Source of the DNA: Alphaproteobacteria bacterium
Lineage (GTDB): Bacteria > Pseudomonadota > Alphaproteobacteria > CALKHQ01
Length of the DNA stretch: 64,000 nt
Reading direction: 5' to 3'
Assembly (NCBI GenBank): GCA_965227515.1
Contig: CBDDFZ010000001.1
Span: forward strand, 64,001 to 128,000
Shown: positions 28,297 through 39,704 of the stretch, one piece after another
Layout of the letters: each line of letters starts with the position of its first letter
How positions within the stretch are numbered: the first letter of the stretch is position 1
Notes under the pieces: model-generated
Database searches by the model: none
What the model saw: the letters and a program-made list of their open reading frames with translations, nothing else
Told to the model about the DNA's origin: nothing
Made by a program: the position numbers and the translations under genes

Positions 28297-29178
28297 ATGC
28301 AGGCGAAACGACCCTCATACGCAGCCGTTGTTCTGGCCGCCGCGATCGTCGCGGTGATGGCGCTGTCGCCGCTGGTCGGCCAGGCGCAGTCGCCGGACGA
28401 CGGATGGTCGGCGCTGGAAGGCGGCGACATCGACATGGCGCGCCAGATCTTCGGCCCGCTGGCCGAGGCGGGCGATCCCGAAGCGCAGTTCGCCATGGGT
28501 TGGCTGTATGGCGGCGGCGGGGGCGGCGCGCCCGACTATGCGACCGCGCTCGGCTGGTATGAACGCGCGGCGGAGCAGGGCCATTCGGAGGCGCAGAACG
28601 CCGCCGGCTATATCCACGACCTCGGGCTCGGCGTGCCCTACGACCCGGACATGGCGGAGTACTGGTTCTCCCAGTCGGCCGCCGCCGGCAACCACTCGGC
28701 CATGAACAATCTGGCCTACCGCTGGTCGCGCAATGGCGAGAATCTGCCCGAGGCGCTGGATATGATCCGCTCCGTCGTCGCGCAGGACCGCAGCAACTCC
28801 GCGTTCCTGGATACGCTGGGCTGGGTGCTCTACCAGATGGGCCGGTTCGACGATGCGATCCCGCCCCTGTGCCAGGCGGTGATGCTGGAACCCGGCCACC
28901 CGGAAATCCGCGTCCACCTGGGCGATGCCTACTGGCAGGCCGGGCGCCACCTGGACGCGCAGCACCAGTGGCAGCGCGCACTCAGGCTCTATTCGGAGCC
29001 GGAAGCGCTGAGCCAGGACGGGCACACCTTCCTGACCTCGCGCCCGGCGCTGTGGCGCCAGCAGTTGCAGGACCGGCTCGCCAACGGGCTGCCCCAGGCT
29101 CCCGCGGCCCAGACCGACGACGTGAAGCCCTCGGTCGAGCACAGCTTCACCGACGAGTGCCAGGTGCCGATTACGTAG
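28297..29178 (+). CDS. Exported Sel1/TPR repeat protein
   Basis: Signal peptide; AEAGDPEAQFAMG, WYERAAEQG, DTLGWV, HLGDAYW. Confidence 0.85.
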   Translation: MQAKRPSYAAVVLAAAIVAVMALSPLVGQAQSPDDGWSALEGGDIDMARQIFGPLAEAGDPEAQFAMGWLYGGGGGGAPDYATALGWYERAAEQGHSEAQNAAGYIHDLGLGVPYDPDMAEYWFSQSAAAGNHSAMNNLAYRWSRNGENLPEALDMIRSVVAQDRSNSAFLDTLGWVLYQMGRFDDAIPPLCQAVMLEPGHPEIRVHLGDAYWQAGRHLDAQHQWQRALRLYSEPEALSQDGHTFLTSRPALWRQQLQDRLANGLPQAPAAQTDDVKPSVEHSFTDECQVPIT

Positions 29179-29220
29179 GTGTTTCGGACAATTGCGACAG
29201 GCACTCAGCCAATAACAACT

Positions 29221-29399
29221 TGTCGTCCTCGCCCGTGTGGCGAGGACCCATTGCCGTCCAGTGCGTCAAACGGCGACACAGTGTTTTGATCCCTTTGTGG
29301 CAGCTAACTGACAAACGCTAACGCATCGGGATCGAACATATCCCCAGGTTATTGAGACCTGCATCAGGATGGGCCCTCGCCACAAGGGCGAGGGCGACA
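29221..29399. repeat. Inverted pair of family A REP hairpins with a non-coding spacer of about 117 bp
   Basis: tgtcgtcctcgcccgtgtggcgaggacccat (29221-51) and atgggccctcgccacaagggcgagggcgaca (29369-99). Confidence 0.85.
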
Positions 29400-29464
29400 T
29401 GGTTTTTTGGTCGATGCATTCGCCCCTTCAACTGAAAATTGCGGACCCTGCACCGGTCAAATGC

Positions 29465-30499
29465 CTACGGCCGATAGAACTGCAGCCCGGCCCAGCGGTA
29501 GCGGCCGCTCGATGTCGGCATTGTGCAGTTCAGCCGGGTGCGGCCCGAGCCAAACGCGCCCGATATCGCCGGCACCACCGTGTCGCCGTCGACCGACAGG
29601 CTGACCACCCCGCCCTGCAGGAAGCAGGTCATCGCGCCGACATCGTAGGAGTGGCCGTCGTTCGGCGGCACCATGCGGAACGACACGTATGGCGGATTGT
29701 TCGCGCCGATCACCCGATCCACGGGCTGGATATCGGCCAGCGGCAGCGGCAACGAGCGCAGCCGCACCCGGAACTCGGTCAGGTCGGTGGAGGCATTCAC
29801 CGGATAGCGTGGGAGCTGGAACAGGTCCTCGTTACGGTGGGCAACGCCCGAGTGCTGGCCGAACGCGGCGGCAAAACCCAGCCCCTCGATATGGTCGCGC
29901 AACATCAGCCCGTATTCGCCATAGGGATAGGCGAACAGCTCGGGCACCGCGCCCAGTTCCTCCCGGAAGCGCTGGCTCGCCCGCGCCATGTCGGCGGCGG
30001 CGGCATCGACGGAGAGGTCGGCCATGTGGGCGTGGGCCGCCGCATGGTGGCCGATTGTCACCCCGGCATCGCGCATCTCGCGGATCTGGTCCCAGGTCAT
30101 CAGGTCGGGAATGCCCTGGTCGGTGCCGTCGGTGGAGATGAACACCGTGAACGGCATGCCGGCGGCACGCAGGCGCGGCCACGCCTGGGCGTAGACCGAG
30201 CGGTAGCCGTCGTCGATGGTGATGGCGACGGCGTTCTCCGGCAATGGCGTGCCGTTGCGCCAGGCGGCGACGATCTCCGGCAGCGGCAGCACCACGGCGC
30301 CGCTCTCCTGGATGGCGGCGATCTGCGCGTCGAACTGCGCCAGCGTGACGTTGGTGCTGGGATACTGGTCCTGGCCGAAGCGGTGGTAGATGAAGATGAC
30401 CGCACCGTCGGCAGCCATTGCGTGCGTGGTACCCGCGCCGCATGCGCCGACGGAGAGAACCAGCGCGACCAGCGCGCGCCATGTCCGTTTCAGTTTCAT
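29465..30499 (-). CDS. Polysaccharide deacetylase family exported protein
   Basis: IYHRFG, ITIDDGY, IGHHAAAH, FAYPYGE. Confidence 0.9.
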   Translation of the reverse strand: MKLKRTWRALVALVLSVGACGAGTTHAMAADGAVIFIYHRFGQDQYPSTNVTLAQFDAQIAAIQESGAVVLPLPEIVAAWRNGTPLPENAVAITIDDGYRSVYAQAWPRLRAAGMPFTVFISTDGTDQGIPDLMTWDQIREMRDAGVTIGHHAAAHAHMADLSVDAAAADMARASQRFREELGAVPELFAYPYGEYGLMLRDHIEGLGFAAAFGQHSGVAHRNEDLFQLPRYPVNASTDLTEFRVRLRSLPLPLADIQPVDRVIGANNPPYVSFRMVPPNDGHSYDVGAMTCFLQGGVVSLSVDGDTVVPAISGAFGSGRTRLNCTMPTSSGRYRWAGLQFYRP

Positions 30500-30503
30500 A
30501 AGC

Positions 30504-31076
30504 TCAAGTATCCGTCGTCAGGTTGGCCATCATCGGGCGCGGCAACACACTGTCGCTGAGCAAAGGATGGCGTCGCGGTTCGAACAGTTGGTAGTGCCAC
30601 CACTCGCGGCGATAAAAATCCCAGCCCGCCGCCGTCATGATACCAAGCAGCAGGTGGCGATTACGCTCAGCTGCGGCGGAAATATCGGTCGCGCCGTGAT
30701 GGGATGCCGCGGAGAAGTCGTCGAATCCGGTACCGAAGTCGAGCGGTTCGCCGTCGCCGTTCGTCAGCGCCAGGTCGACTGCCGCACCACGGCAATGCGG
30801 CGCGCTGCCGGTGACGGGATCCGACACATAGGGTGAGTCCGGAAACCGGCGCCTGAGCGCAATCTGCGCCTCGATCGGGCGGAATGCGTCGTATATGACG
30901 ACACCCAGCCCCTGCCGTGCCGCGAGATCGACCGCGCGCCGCAGATGGTCCGCCGCGGTGGCATTGAGGTAGCAGCCGGGACGGCTGTAGAGCGCGAAAC
31001 CGGCCACGTTGTCGTCTCGGGCATAGCGGATATCGTGGGTCACGCCATAAAGCGCGGGCTGGATTTCTGTCAGCAT
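30504..31076 (-). CDS. ddpX: D-alanyl-D-alanine dipeptidase (VanX/DdpX, M15)
   Basis: YDAFRP, PHCRGAAVD, GTGFDDF, EWWHY. Confidence 0.9.
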   Translation of the reverse strand: MLTEIQPALYGVTHDIRYARDDNVAGFALYSRPGCYLNATAADHLRRAVDLAARQGLGVVIYDAFRPIEAQIALRRRFPDSPYVSDPVTGSAPHCRGAAVDLALTNGDGEPLDFGTGFDDFSAASHHGATDISAAAERNRHLLLGIMTAAGWDFYRREWWHYQLFEPRRHPLLSDSVLPRPMMANLTTDT

Positions 31077-31133
31077 GGCGGCTACCCGGTAGCGCACAGC
31101 CCGCCGCAAGCGCAAGCGAGTTCACCTGCCGCC

Positions 31134-31838
31134 ATGCTTCTGATCGCCATCGACTGCTCGGCCGCCGCCTGCTCCGTCGCGGTGCTGCGTGACGGCGATA
31201 TCGTCGCCGGCCGCGACGTGGAGGGTGCGCACGGCCATGCGGCGCGCATTATCGGCATGATCGACGACACGCTCACCGAAGCCGGTGTCGCGGCCGATGC
31301 GCTGCCCGACGCCCTCGACGAGGTGTTGGTGACGGCGGGGCCCGGATCGTTCACCGGCATCCGCGTCGGACTCGCCGCGGCGAAGGGCCTGGTGGTGGCG
31401 ACCGGCGCGACGGGCGCGGCCGTCGCCGTGCCGGAGGTGCTGCGGGCATCCATAGATCCTGAAGATATCGAAGCCGGCACCGCCGTCCTCGCCGTTATCG
31501 ACAGCCGTCGCGGCGACGTGTTCGCGCAGGCGTTCGCGCCCGATGGAAAGGCCGCCGGAGACATCGTCGTCGCGGACCATCCGGCCCTTGCCGCGATGGT
31601 CGCTGCCCTCGATGCGCCGGTACACATCGTCGGCGACGCCGCCGAGGCCGTCGCATCCGGATTGCGCGAGGCCGGGCATGCCCACAGCATTGCCGCCACC
31701 ACCCCTCGTGGCCCCACCGCCATGGCGCTGGGCCGCCTGCGCCAGTCGCCCGGCTGGCCGGCCATCCGCCAGCCCCTGCGCCCGATCTACGCCCGCGCAC
31801 CGGAGATCGGGCGGCCCGGCGGCCAGCCAAGGCAATGA
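31134..31838 (+). CDS. tsaB: tRNA threonylcarbamoyladenosine biosynthesis protein TsaB
   Basis: LIAIDCS...CSVA, GPGSFTGIRVGLA, IDSRRG. Confidence 0.92.
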   Translation: MLLIAIDCSAAACSVAVLRDGDIVAGRDVEGAHGHAARIIGMIDDTLTEAGVAADALPDALDEVLVTAGPGSFTGIRVGLAAAKGLVVATGATGAAVAVPEVLRASIDPEDIEAGTAVLAVIDSRRGDVFAQAFAPDGKAAGDIVVADHPALAAMVAALDAPVHIVGDAAEAVASGLREAGHAHSIAATTPRGPTAMALGRLRQSPGWPAIRQPLRPIYARAPEIGRPGGQPRQ

Positions 31839-32326
31839 CAGGCCAGGGCGCCGGCGCCGATATTACCGCCCGACCGGCCACGGTGCGGGACGCCGACGAC
31901 CTCGCGCGCCTTCACGCCGCATCGGTCGCGGCGAACGAGGCGCCCTGGTCCTCGCTCGACTTTCACCAGCTCCTCATGGAGCCCCACAATCGCGGCCTGA
32001 TCGCTTTCGACCGGGATGGCCGGGCATGCGGGATGCTGATCTGGCGTCAGGTGTTGGAGACCGCCGATATCCTGGCTCTGGCGGTCGACCCGGCGGCGCG
32101 TCGCCGCGGCATCGCCCGCGCATTGCTGACGCTGATGATCAATGGCATCCGTTTGGCCGGTGGCCAAACCGTGATGCTGGAAGTCGCGACATCGAACGCG
32201 GCTGCTATACAATTGTATGCATCTTTGGACTTTCAGCCGGTCGGCCAGCGCCGTGGCTATTATCGCCGGCAGGACGGCGATCGGGAGGACGCACGGGTAA
32301 TGTCGCTTAAGTTGTGTAACAAATGA
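31835..32326 (+). CDS. rimI: RimI-like GNAT acetyltransferase
   Basis: LAVDPAARRRGIA, LEVATSN.AA..LY, RRGYY; follows tsaB. Confidence 0.8.
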   Translation: MTGQGAGADITARPATVRDADDLARLHAASVAANEAPWSSLDFHQLLMEPHNRGLIAFDRDGRACGMLIWRQVLETADILALAVDPAARRRGIARALLTLMINGIRLAGGQTVMLEVATSNAAAIQLYASLDFQPVGQRRGYYRRQDGDREDARVMSLKLCNK

Positions 32327-32591
32327 TGCATTGCACGTTTGCGTTGCTATGTGACACTTGGCCGCCGCCGTCATTTTGGAATGCAATAGCACTATCTTGA
32401 GCGCCAATTGGTCGTTGCCTGCATGTTCATCCTGGCCAGCATAAATATTACACAACATTTCAAGAAAAACAGTTGCATTGGAAAAATCGGTCGATGTATG
32501 TCTGGCTGATCTTTGCAGACTCAGAGGTCATGTGAAGACTGCCGCGCGCCAGCGGGGCAATCTGACTATCATTACAGAAGAAGGGACAAGA

Positions 32592-33002
32592 ATGGCTGAA
32601 ACCGACGCGAGGGGCGAACTGTTGGCTTTGGCATCATCCATCGTTGCAGCGCACGTATCCCACAACAATCTGCCATCTTCAGAATTACCGCAGTTGTTGA
32701 AGGACGTGTATACGACGCTGGATGAGCTCGGCAATGAACAGCAGGAACCGCAACCAAAACTTGAACCCGCGGTTCCGATCCGGAAGTCGATAACTCCGGA
32801 CTTCATCGTGTGTCTGGAGGATGGCAAGAAGCTCAAGATGCTCAAGCGCCATCTGAAGACTGCATATGACCTCTCGCCAGAAGAATACCGCGAGCGTTGG
32901 GGACTGCCGTCGGATTATCCGATGGTTGCACCGAACTACGCGAAGCAGCGCAGTCAACTCGCCAAGGAAATCGGCCTCGGCAGTCGCAAGCGCAAGCGCT
33001 AG
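32592..33002 (+). CDS. mucR: Ros/MucR transcriptional regulator
   Basis: PAVPIRKSI, CLEDGKKLKMLKRHL, YPMVAPNY; AT-rich upstream region. Confidence 0.95.
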   Translation: MAETDARGELLALASSIVAAHVSHNNLPSSELPQLLKDVYTTLDELGNEQQEPQPKLEPAVPIRKSITPDFIVCLEDGKKLKMLKRHLKTAYDLSPEEYRERWGLPSDYPMVAPNYAKQRSQLAKEIGLGSRKRKR

Positions 33003-33313
33003 AGCTCCGCAGCCGAACGACGGCCCAGGCACGTATCGTCGCGCGCGGTCACGCTCAGCGGGGTAGCAGACGCCCCGTCAGCAGCCGATCCGTCCGCAGA
33101 TGCGCCGCCCGGCCAGACCGGCATCGGACCTCACACCAAGACACCCCCGCTTTCATGCAAGGCGGGGGTGATTTGATTCCGGCCGGGCGCGTCGGCGCAC
33201 GGAACCCGCGCCGAACCCGAGCAAGACCCGATCCGTATATTTGGCGCGTTTGGTTGGCCAATTTCGGCGATCAGCGCTATATTCCCCGCAGGCAAAATTA
33301 CCTGGGCTTGTGC

Positions 33314-33742
33314 ATGCTGGATCGTATCGAACGATTGGCATCGGAGAAGGGACTTAAGATGACCGACCAGCGGCGCGTCATTGCGCGCGTGCTGTCGTCG
33401 TCTGAGGACCATCCGGACGTCGCGCTGGTGCATCAGCGCGCGCAGGAAATCGACCCCAAGATCAGCATGGCGACGGTGTACCGCACCCTGCGCCTGTTCG
33501 AGGACGCCAAGTTGCTGGATCGCCACGACTTCGGCGATGGGCGCGCGCGCTACGAGGAGACCTCGAACGAGCACCACGATCATCTGATCGACGTGAATAC
33601 CGGCGAGGTCATCGAATTCCAGAACGAGGCGATCGAGAAGCTGCAGCGTTTGGTGGCGGAGGAACTGGGCTACGACCTGGTCGACCACCGGTTGGAGCTC
33701 TACGGCACCCGCCGCAGCGCCAAGGGCGGTCGCTCCCGATGA
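33314..33742 (+). CDS. fur: Fur/Mur family regulator
   Basis: MTDQRRVI, ATVYRTL, HHDHLID. Confidence 0.92.
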   Translation: MLDRIERLASEKGLKMTDQRRVIARVLSSSEDHPDVALVHQRAQEIDPKISMATVYRTLRLFEDAKLLDRHDFGDGRARYEETSNEHHDHLIDVNTGEVIEFQNEAIEKLQRLVAEELGYDLVDHRLELYGTRRSAKGGRSR

Positions 33743-34632
33743 CGAGCAAGCCCGCCGTGCGCCTGTTCGGCAACCGCCGCATGCGCGACGACCGCGAGGC
33801 GATGCAGGACGCCGACGCCCTGCCGCGCCAGTTGGTCGACGGCCTCAGGTTCAGCAACCTGTCGGTCCGCCTGGCCCGGTCCGAGGACGAGATCGTCGCC
33901 TCGCAGCACCTGCGCTACCGCGTGTTCTATGAGGAAATGACAGCGACACCGACGCCGGAGATGAAGGAAAACCGGCGCGACTTCGACACCTACGACAATA
34001 TGTGCGACCACCTGCTGGTGCTCGACATGGACCGCGGCGACAACGCCAGCGGTGTCGTCGGCTCCTATCGCTTGCTGCGGCGCGGGCCGGCGATTGCGCA
34101 CGACGGCTTCTATACCGCCAAGGAATTCGACATCACGCCGCTGGAGAACTATGCCGGCGAGATCCTGGAGGTCGGCCGCAGCTGCGTCGACGTGGCGTAT
34201 CGGTCCGGCCCCACCATGCAACTGCTGTGGCGCGGCATCGCCGGCTACATCGCGCACCACGAGATCGCGATCCTGTTCGGCTGTGCCAGTTTCCCCGGCA
34301 CCAATCCGGAAGAGCACGCCGAGGTGATGTCGTATTTGCACCATTATCATCTGGCACCACCGGCCCTGCGTCCGAAGGCCCTGCCGGAGCGATATGTGAG
34401 CACGAACTTCATGCCCGCCAGCCAGGTCGACCGGCACCGCGCGCGGTCCGGCGTGCCGCCGCTGATCAAGGGCTACATACGGCTCGGCGGCGTGATCGGC
34501 GATGGCGCGGTCATCGACGAGCAGTTCGACACCACGGATGTGTGCATCGTCGTGAATACCGACCTCATTACCGACCGGTACTTCCGGCATTACCAGCGCG
34601 CCGTGGTCGATCGCATCACCTATGAAGAATAG
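33739..34632 (+). CDS. olsB: Ornithine N-acyltransferase OlsB (GNAT-like)
   Basis: LRYRVFYEEM, EVGRSCV, FGCASF, PPLIKGY.R, DEQF.TTD. Confidence 0.85.
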   Translation: MTSKPAVRLFGNRRMRDDREAMQDADALPRQLVDGLRFSNLSVRLARSEDEIVASQHLRYRVFYEEMTATPTPEMKENRRDFDTYDNMCDHLLVLDMDRGDNASGVVGSYRLLRRGPAIAHDGFYTAKEFDITPLENYAGEILEVGRSCVDVAYRSGPTMQLLWRGIAGYIAHHEIAILFGCASFPGTNPEEHAEVMSYLHHYHLAPPALRPKALPERYVSTNFMPASQVDRHRARSGVPPLIKGYIRLGGVIGDGAVIDEQFDTTDVCIVVNTDLITDRYFRHYQRAVVDRITYEE

Positions 34633-35569
34633 TCTGACGGCCTATGATCCGGTGCCCGATGTGGCGCCGTCGTCGCCGTTTCGCTCGTTCTGGCGGCTGA
34701 TCGTCTACCTGTTGTGGAACCTGCTGATGGTGCCCACCCAGGCACTGGCGGTGCTGGTGTCGAAGCGGCTGTCGAAGCGAGTGCCGATCGTCTACCACCG
34801 CAACTGCCTGCGCGCGCTGGGTTGCCGGGTGCGGCGCCATGGCCGGCCCGCGCGCGGCAAGTCGGTGCTCTACGTCGCCAACCACACCTCCTACATCGAC
34901 ATCACGGTGCTCGGCTCCATCCTGCAGGCGTCCTTCATCGCCAAGTCGGAGATCAAGGACTGGCCGATCTTCGGCACCCTGGCCAAGCTGCAACAGTCGA
35001 TCTTCGTCGACCGCAAGCCGCAGAACGCGCGGGCGCACGCCGAGGAAATGACCAAGCGCATGATGGAGGGCGACAGCCTGATCCTGTTCCCGGAGGGCAC
35101 CACCAGCGACGGCAACATGGTGATGCGCTTCAAGAGCGCGCTGTTCAAGGTGGCGGACACCCGGATCGACGACAAGGCGGTCACCGTGCAGCCCATCTCC
35201 ATCGCCTATGCGCGTGTCGATGGCTTGCCCATGGGCCGCCATTTGCGCCCGTTCTTCGCCTGGTATGGCGACATGGACATGGTGACCCACCTCTGGCAGC
35301 TGCTGGGCATGAGCCGGGTCGGCATCGACGTGATCTTCCACCGCCCGGTCACGCTGGACGAGTTCGAGTCCCGCAAGGCCCTGTCGGACCACTGCCAGAA
35401 CGTCATCGCGCGCGGCGTTTCCGATTCGCTCGCCGGCCACTACGCCAAGCGGCGCCAGCGGCGGCGCCTGCTGTCGCGGCGCCAGAAGGACCGGCCCGGA
35501 ACCGGGGCAGCGGGCGGGGCCACGGCGCCGGCCGCCGCGTCGTCGGCGATGGCCCAACAGGCGGAGTGA
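34622..35569 (+). CDS. olsA: Lyso-ornithine lipid / 1-acyl-G3P acyltransferase (OlsA/PlsC)
   Basis: NHTSYID, FPEGTT; adjacent to olsB. Confidence 0.78.
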   Translation: MKNSLTAYDPVPDVAPSSPFRSFWRLIVYLLWNLLMVPTQALAVLVSKRLSKRVPIVYHRNCLRALGCRVRRHGRPARGKSVLYVANHTSYIDITVLGSILQASFIAKSEIKDWPIFGTLAKLQQSIFVDRKPQNARAHAEEMTKRMMEGDSLILFPEGTTSDGNMVMRFKSALFKVADTRIDDKAVTVQPISIAYARVDGLPMGRHLRPFFAWYGDMDMVTHLWQLLGMSRVGIDVIFHRPVTLDEFESRKALSDHCQNVIARGVSDSLAGHYAKRRQRRRLLSRRQKDRPGTGAAGGATAPAAASSAMAQQAE

Positions 35570-35645
35570 GGACCATCGCAACCGCCTTCAATACCGCCAT
35601 CTGTTCCGCCACGGCGCGCTTGGCCCTGCAGGGAGCACGACCGGC

Positions 35646-37069
35646 GTGACGAAGCGGGTCTACGTCAAGACCTATGGCTGCCAGATGAACGTGTACGATT
35701 CGGAGCGGATCGTTGAGGCACTGGCGGCCGGCGGATATCGGCCCACCGAAACGCCCGAGGACGCCTCGCTGGTGGTGCTGAACACGTGCCATATTCGCGA
35801 GAAGGCGGCGGAGAAGGTCTATTCCGACCTCGGCCGGCTGCGCAAGCTGCCGCGCGCGGACGCCAGCCAACCGGTGCACACGGTGGTCGCCGGGTGCGTC
35901 GCGCAGGCCGAGGGCGACGAGATCGTGCGGCGCGCGCCCAACGTCGACATCGTGATCGGGCCGCAAGCCTATCACCGCCTGCCCGAGCTGCTGGACAAGG
36001 TGGCCGGCGGTGAGCGCGGCATCGTCGCGACCGATTTTCCGGCCGAGAGCAAGTTCGACCACCTGCCCGAGGAGCGGGCGACCAGCGGGGCCAGTGCGTT
36101 CCTGACCATTCAGGAAGGCTGCGACAAGTTCTGCACCTTCTGCGTCGTGCCCTATACCCGTGGCGCCGAGCAGTCCCGACCGGCGGCCGACGTGGTTGCC
36201 GAGGCACGCCGGCTGGTGGCAGGCGGAGCAGTGGAACTGACCCTGCTCGGCCAGAACGTGAATGCCTACCACGGGCTTGCTCATGACGATGCGGCAAGTT
36301 CTGGCGCAACCTGGGGCCTGGGCCGGCTGATCCGCGCGCTGGCGGAGATCGAGGGCCTGGCGCGCCTGCGCTACACCACCTCGCACCCCCGCGACGTCGA
36401 CGACGAGCTTGTGGAAGCCCACCGCGACGTGCCGGCGTTGATGCCGTTCCTGCACCTGCCCGTGCAATCGGGCTCGGACCCGGTGCTGGCGGCGATGAAT
36501 CGGCGCCATAGCGCCGACGACTATCGCCGCATCGTCGCGCGGCTGCGCAACGCGCGGCCCGACCTTGCGTTGTCGTCGGACTTCATCGTCGGCTTCCCGG
36601 GCGAGACCGATGCCGACTTCGCCGCCACCATGGCGCTGGTGCGCGAGATCGGTTTCGTGCAGGCCTATTCCTTCAAGTACAGCCCGCGCCCGGGCACCCC
36701 GGCGGCGGACCGCGAGGACGCCGGCGAAGGCGCGGTGCCGGAGGCGGTCAAGGACGCGCGACTGGCCGAGCTGCAAGCGGAACTGCGCCAGCAGCAGACT
36801 GCGTTCAACCGCGCCCAGGTTGGCCGCACCCTGCCGGTGCTGATGGAACGCGCCGGGCGCTATGACGGCCAGATGGTCGGCCGCAGCCCGTTCATGCAGC
36901 CGGTGCATGCCACCGCGGCAGCCGCCACCGCCGGCACCGTGGTCGACGTGCACATCACGGCAGCGATGCCGAACAGCTTGGCCGGCGAACTTGCCGGCGT
37001 TCCACCAGCTTCCGAACCACCGGCGTCCGAACCGATACCGGCGGCGGACCTTGCCACCGCGGTCGGCGC

Positions 37070-37073
<4 letters not shown>
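35646..37073 (+). CDS. miaB: tRNA methylthiotransferase MiaB
   Basis: [28 protein letters not shown] domain. Confidence 0.96.
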
Positions 37074-38086
<1,013 letters not shown>

Positions 38087-38157
38087 AACATGCCAGAATG
38101 CAGCGGGGTCGACGTGCGCGGGCAACCGCGTCACCCACCCGTGACGGTGTAGCGAAG

Positions 38158-38793
38158 ATGGAAAGCGAGCACCCTCCCAGTCCTGTGCCGGCCGTAGAGC
38201 GGTCGGCTGACCTTGATGACCAATCCAACGACGTGCAAGCGGTCGCGATCTGCGTGACGGTGGACGACGATGGCTGGCGCGCGGCGCTCGCCACGGCGGA
38301 CGGCCAACCGCGCGATGACGTGGAAGCGGTGGCCGAGCAGGCCGCGCGCGCCGCGCTCGCCGCGCGGGGCCCGGTGCGGGCAGCGGCCGAACTCGGCATC
38401 ACCCTGACCGGCGACGCCGCCGTGCGCGACCTCAACCGCGACTGGCGCGGGCGCGACGCGACCACCAATGTGCTGGCGTTTCCGATGGATGCGCCCGACG
38501 ACGTCGCACTTGGCGGGTCCGACGGCGACGCATCGCCCGTGCTGTTGGGCGACGTTGTGCTGGCCTGGCCAAGGGTGGCCGAGGAGGCCGCCGCCGCCGG
38601 CCGGCCGGTCGCCAACCACCTGCGCCACCTGGTCGTCCACGGCGTGCTGCACCTTCTGGGCTACGACCACATCGACGAGGCCGACGCCGAGGAGATGGAA
38701 TCGATGGAGCGCACCGTGCTGGCCGCGCTCGGCGTGCCGGACCCGTATGCGGACCCCGAAGCGCCCGGAAACGAGCCGGGAGACGCGCCATGA
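38158..38793 (+). CDS. ybeY: rRNA maturation RNase YbeY (start uncertain)
   Basis: TNVLAFP, LGDVV, HGVLHLLGYDH. Confidence 0.93.
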   Translation: MESEHPPSPVPAVERSADLDDQSNDVQAVAICVTVDDDGWRAALATADGQPRDDVEAVAEQAARAALAARGPVRAAAELGITLTGDAAVRDLNRDWRGRDATTNVLAFPMDAPDDVALGGSDGDASPVLLGDVVLAWPRVAEEAAAAGRPVANHLRHLVVHGVLHLLGYDHIDEADAEEMESMERTVLAALGVPDPYADPEAPGNEPGDAP

Positions 38794-39704
38794 GCGCCAG
38801 CGGTAACGGCCACGCTTCCGGCGGCGGCAACGGCCCGGGCAACGGGCGGCGGTTCGGCTGGCTGAAGGCGCTGTTCCGGCGCCGCAACGGCGACACGTTG
38901 CGCGACGTGATCGAGGAACTCGCGGTCTCCGACCACGCCGACATCGATCCCGACGAAGGCAGCGAACAGGCCCTGCTCGCCAACGTGCTGCGCATGAGCA
39001 GCCGCACGGTGGAGGACGTCATGGTGCCGCGGCCCGACGTGGTCGCGGTGGAGATCACAACGCCGCTATCCGAATTGATCAGCGTGATCAGCGTCGAGGC
39101 CCATTCGCGCATGCCGGTCTACAAGGAGAACCTCGACAACGTCGCCGGCTTCATGCACATCAAGGACTTGATCGGCTGGTGGGACCGCGCCGAAAGCTTC
39201 CGCCTCGAGGACATCATGCGGGAGGTGCTGTTCGTGCCGCCGTCGATGCCGGTCCTGGACCTGCTGCTGGAAATGCGCCAGTCGCGGGTGCACATGGCCA
39301 TGGTGGTCGACGAGTTCGGCGGCGTCGACGGGCTGGTCAGCATCGAGGATGTGGTCGAAGAGATCGTCGGCGACATCCGCGATGAGCACGAGGACGAGGA
39401 AGACCTGGAAATCGTGCGCCGCGCCGACGGCACAGTGATCGCGGACGCGCGCATGTCGCTGGACGCGTTCGAGGAGGCGGTCGGGCAGTTCGCGACACCC
39501 GAGGAGCGGGACGAGGTGGAGACATTGGGGGGCATGGTGTTCACGATCGCCGACAGGGTGCCGGGCCGTGGCGAGGTGCTGACCCACGACTCCGGCGTCG
39601 AGTTCGAGGTGCTGGACGCCGACCCGCGCCGCATCAACAAGCTGCGCATCCGCCGGCTGCCGCCGGGGGGTAGCGACGCCTCCCACGCGGCGTCCGGCAA
39701 ATGA
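38790..39704 (+). CDS. corC: CBS/CorC-HlyC protein (CorC/YbeX)
   Basis: DVMVPR, HSRMPVY, VDEFGG..GLVSIED..EEIVGDI.DEH. Confidence 0.9.
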   Translation: MSASGNGHASGGGNGPGNGRRFGWLKALFRRRNGDTLRDVIEELAVSDHADIDPDEGSEQALLANVLRMSSRTVEDVMVPRPDVVAVEITTPLSELISVISVEAHSRMPVYKENLDNVAGFMHIKDLIGWWDRAESFRLEDIMREVLFVPPSMPVLDLLLEMRQSRVHMAMVVDEFGGVDGLVSIEDVVEEIVGDIRDEHEDEEDLEIVRRADGTVIADARMSLDAFEEAVGQFATPEERDEVETLGGMVFTIADRVPGRGEVLTHDSGVEFEVLDADPRRINKLRIRRLPPGGSDASHAASGK

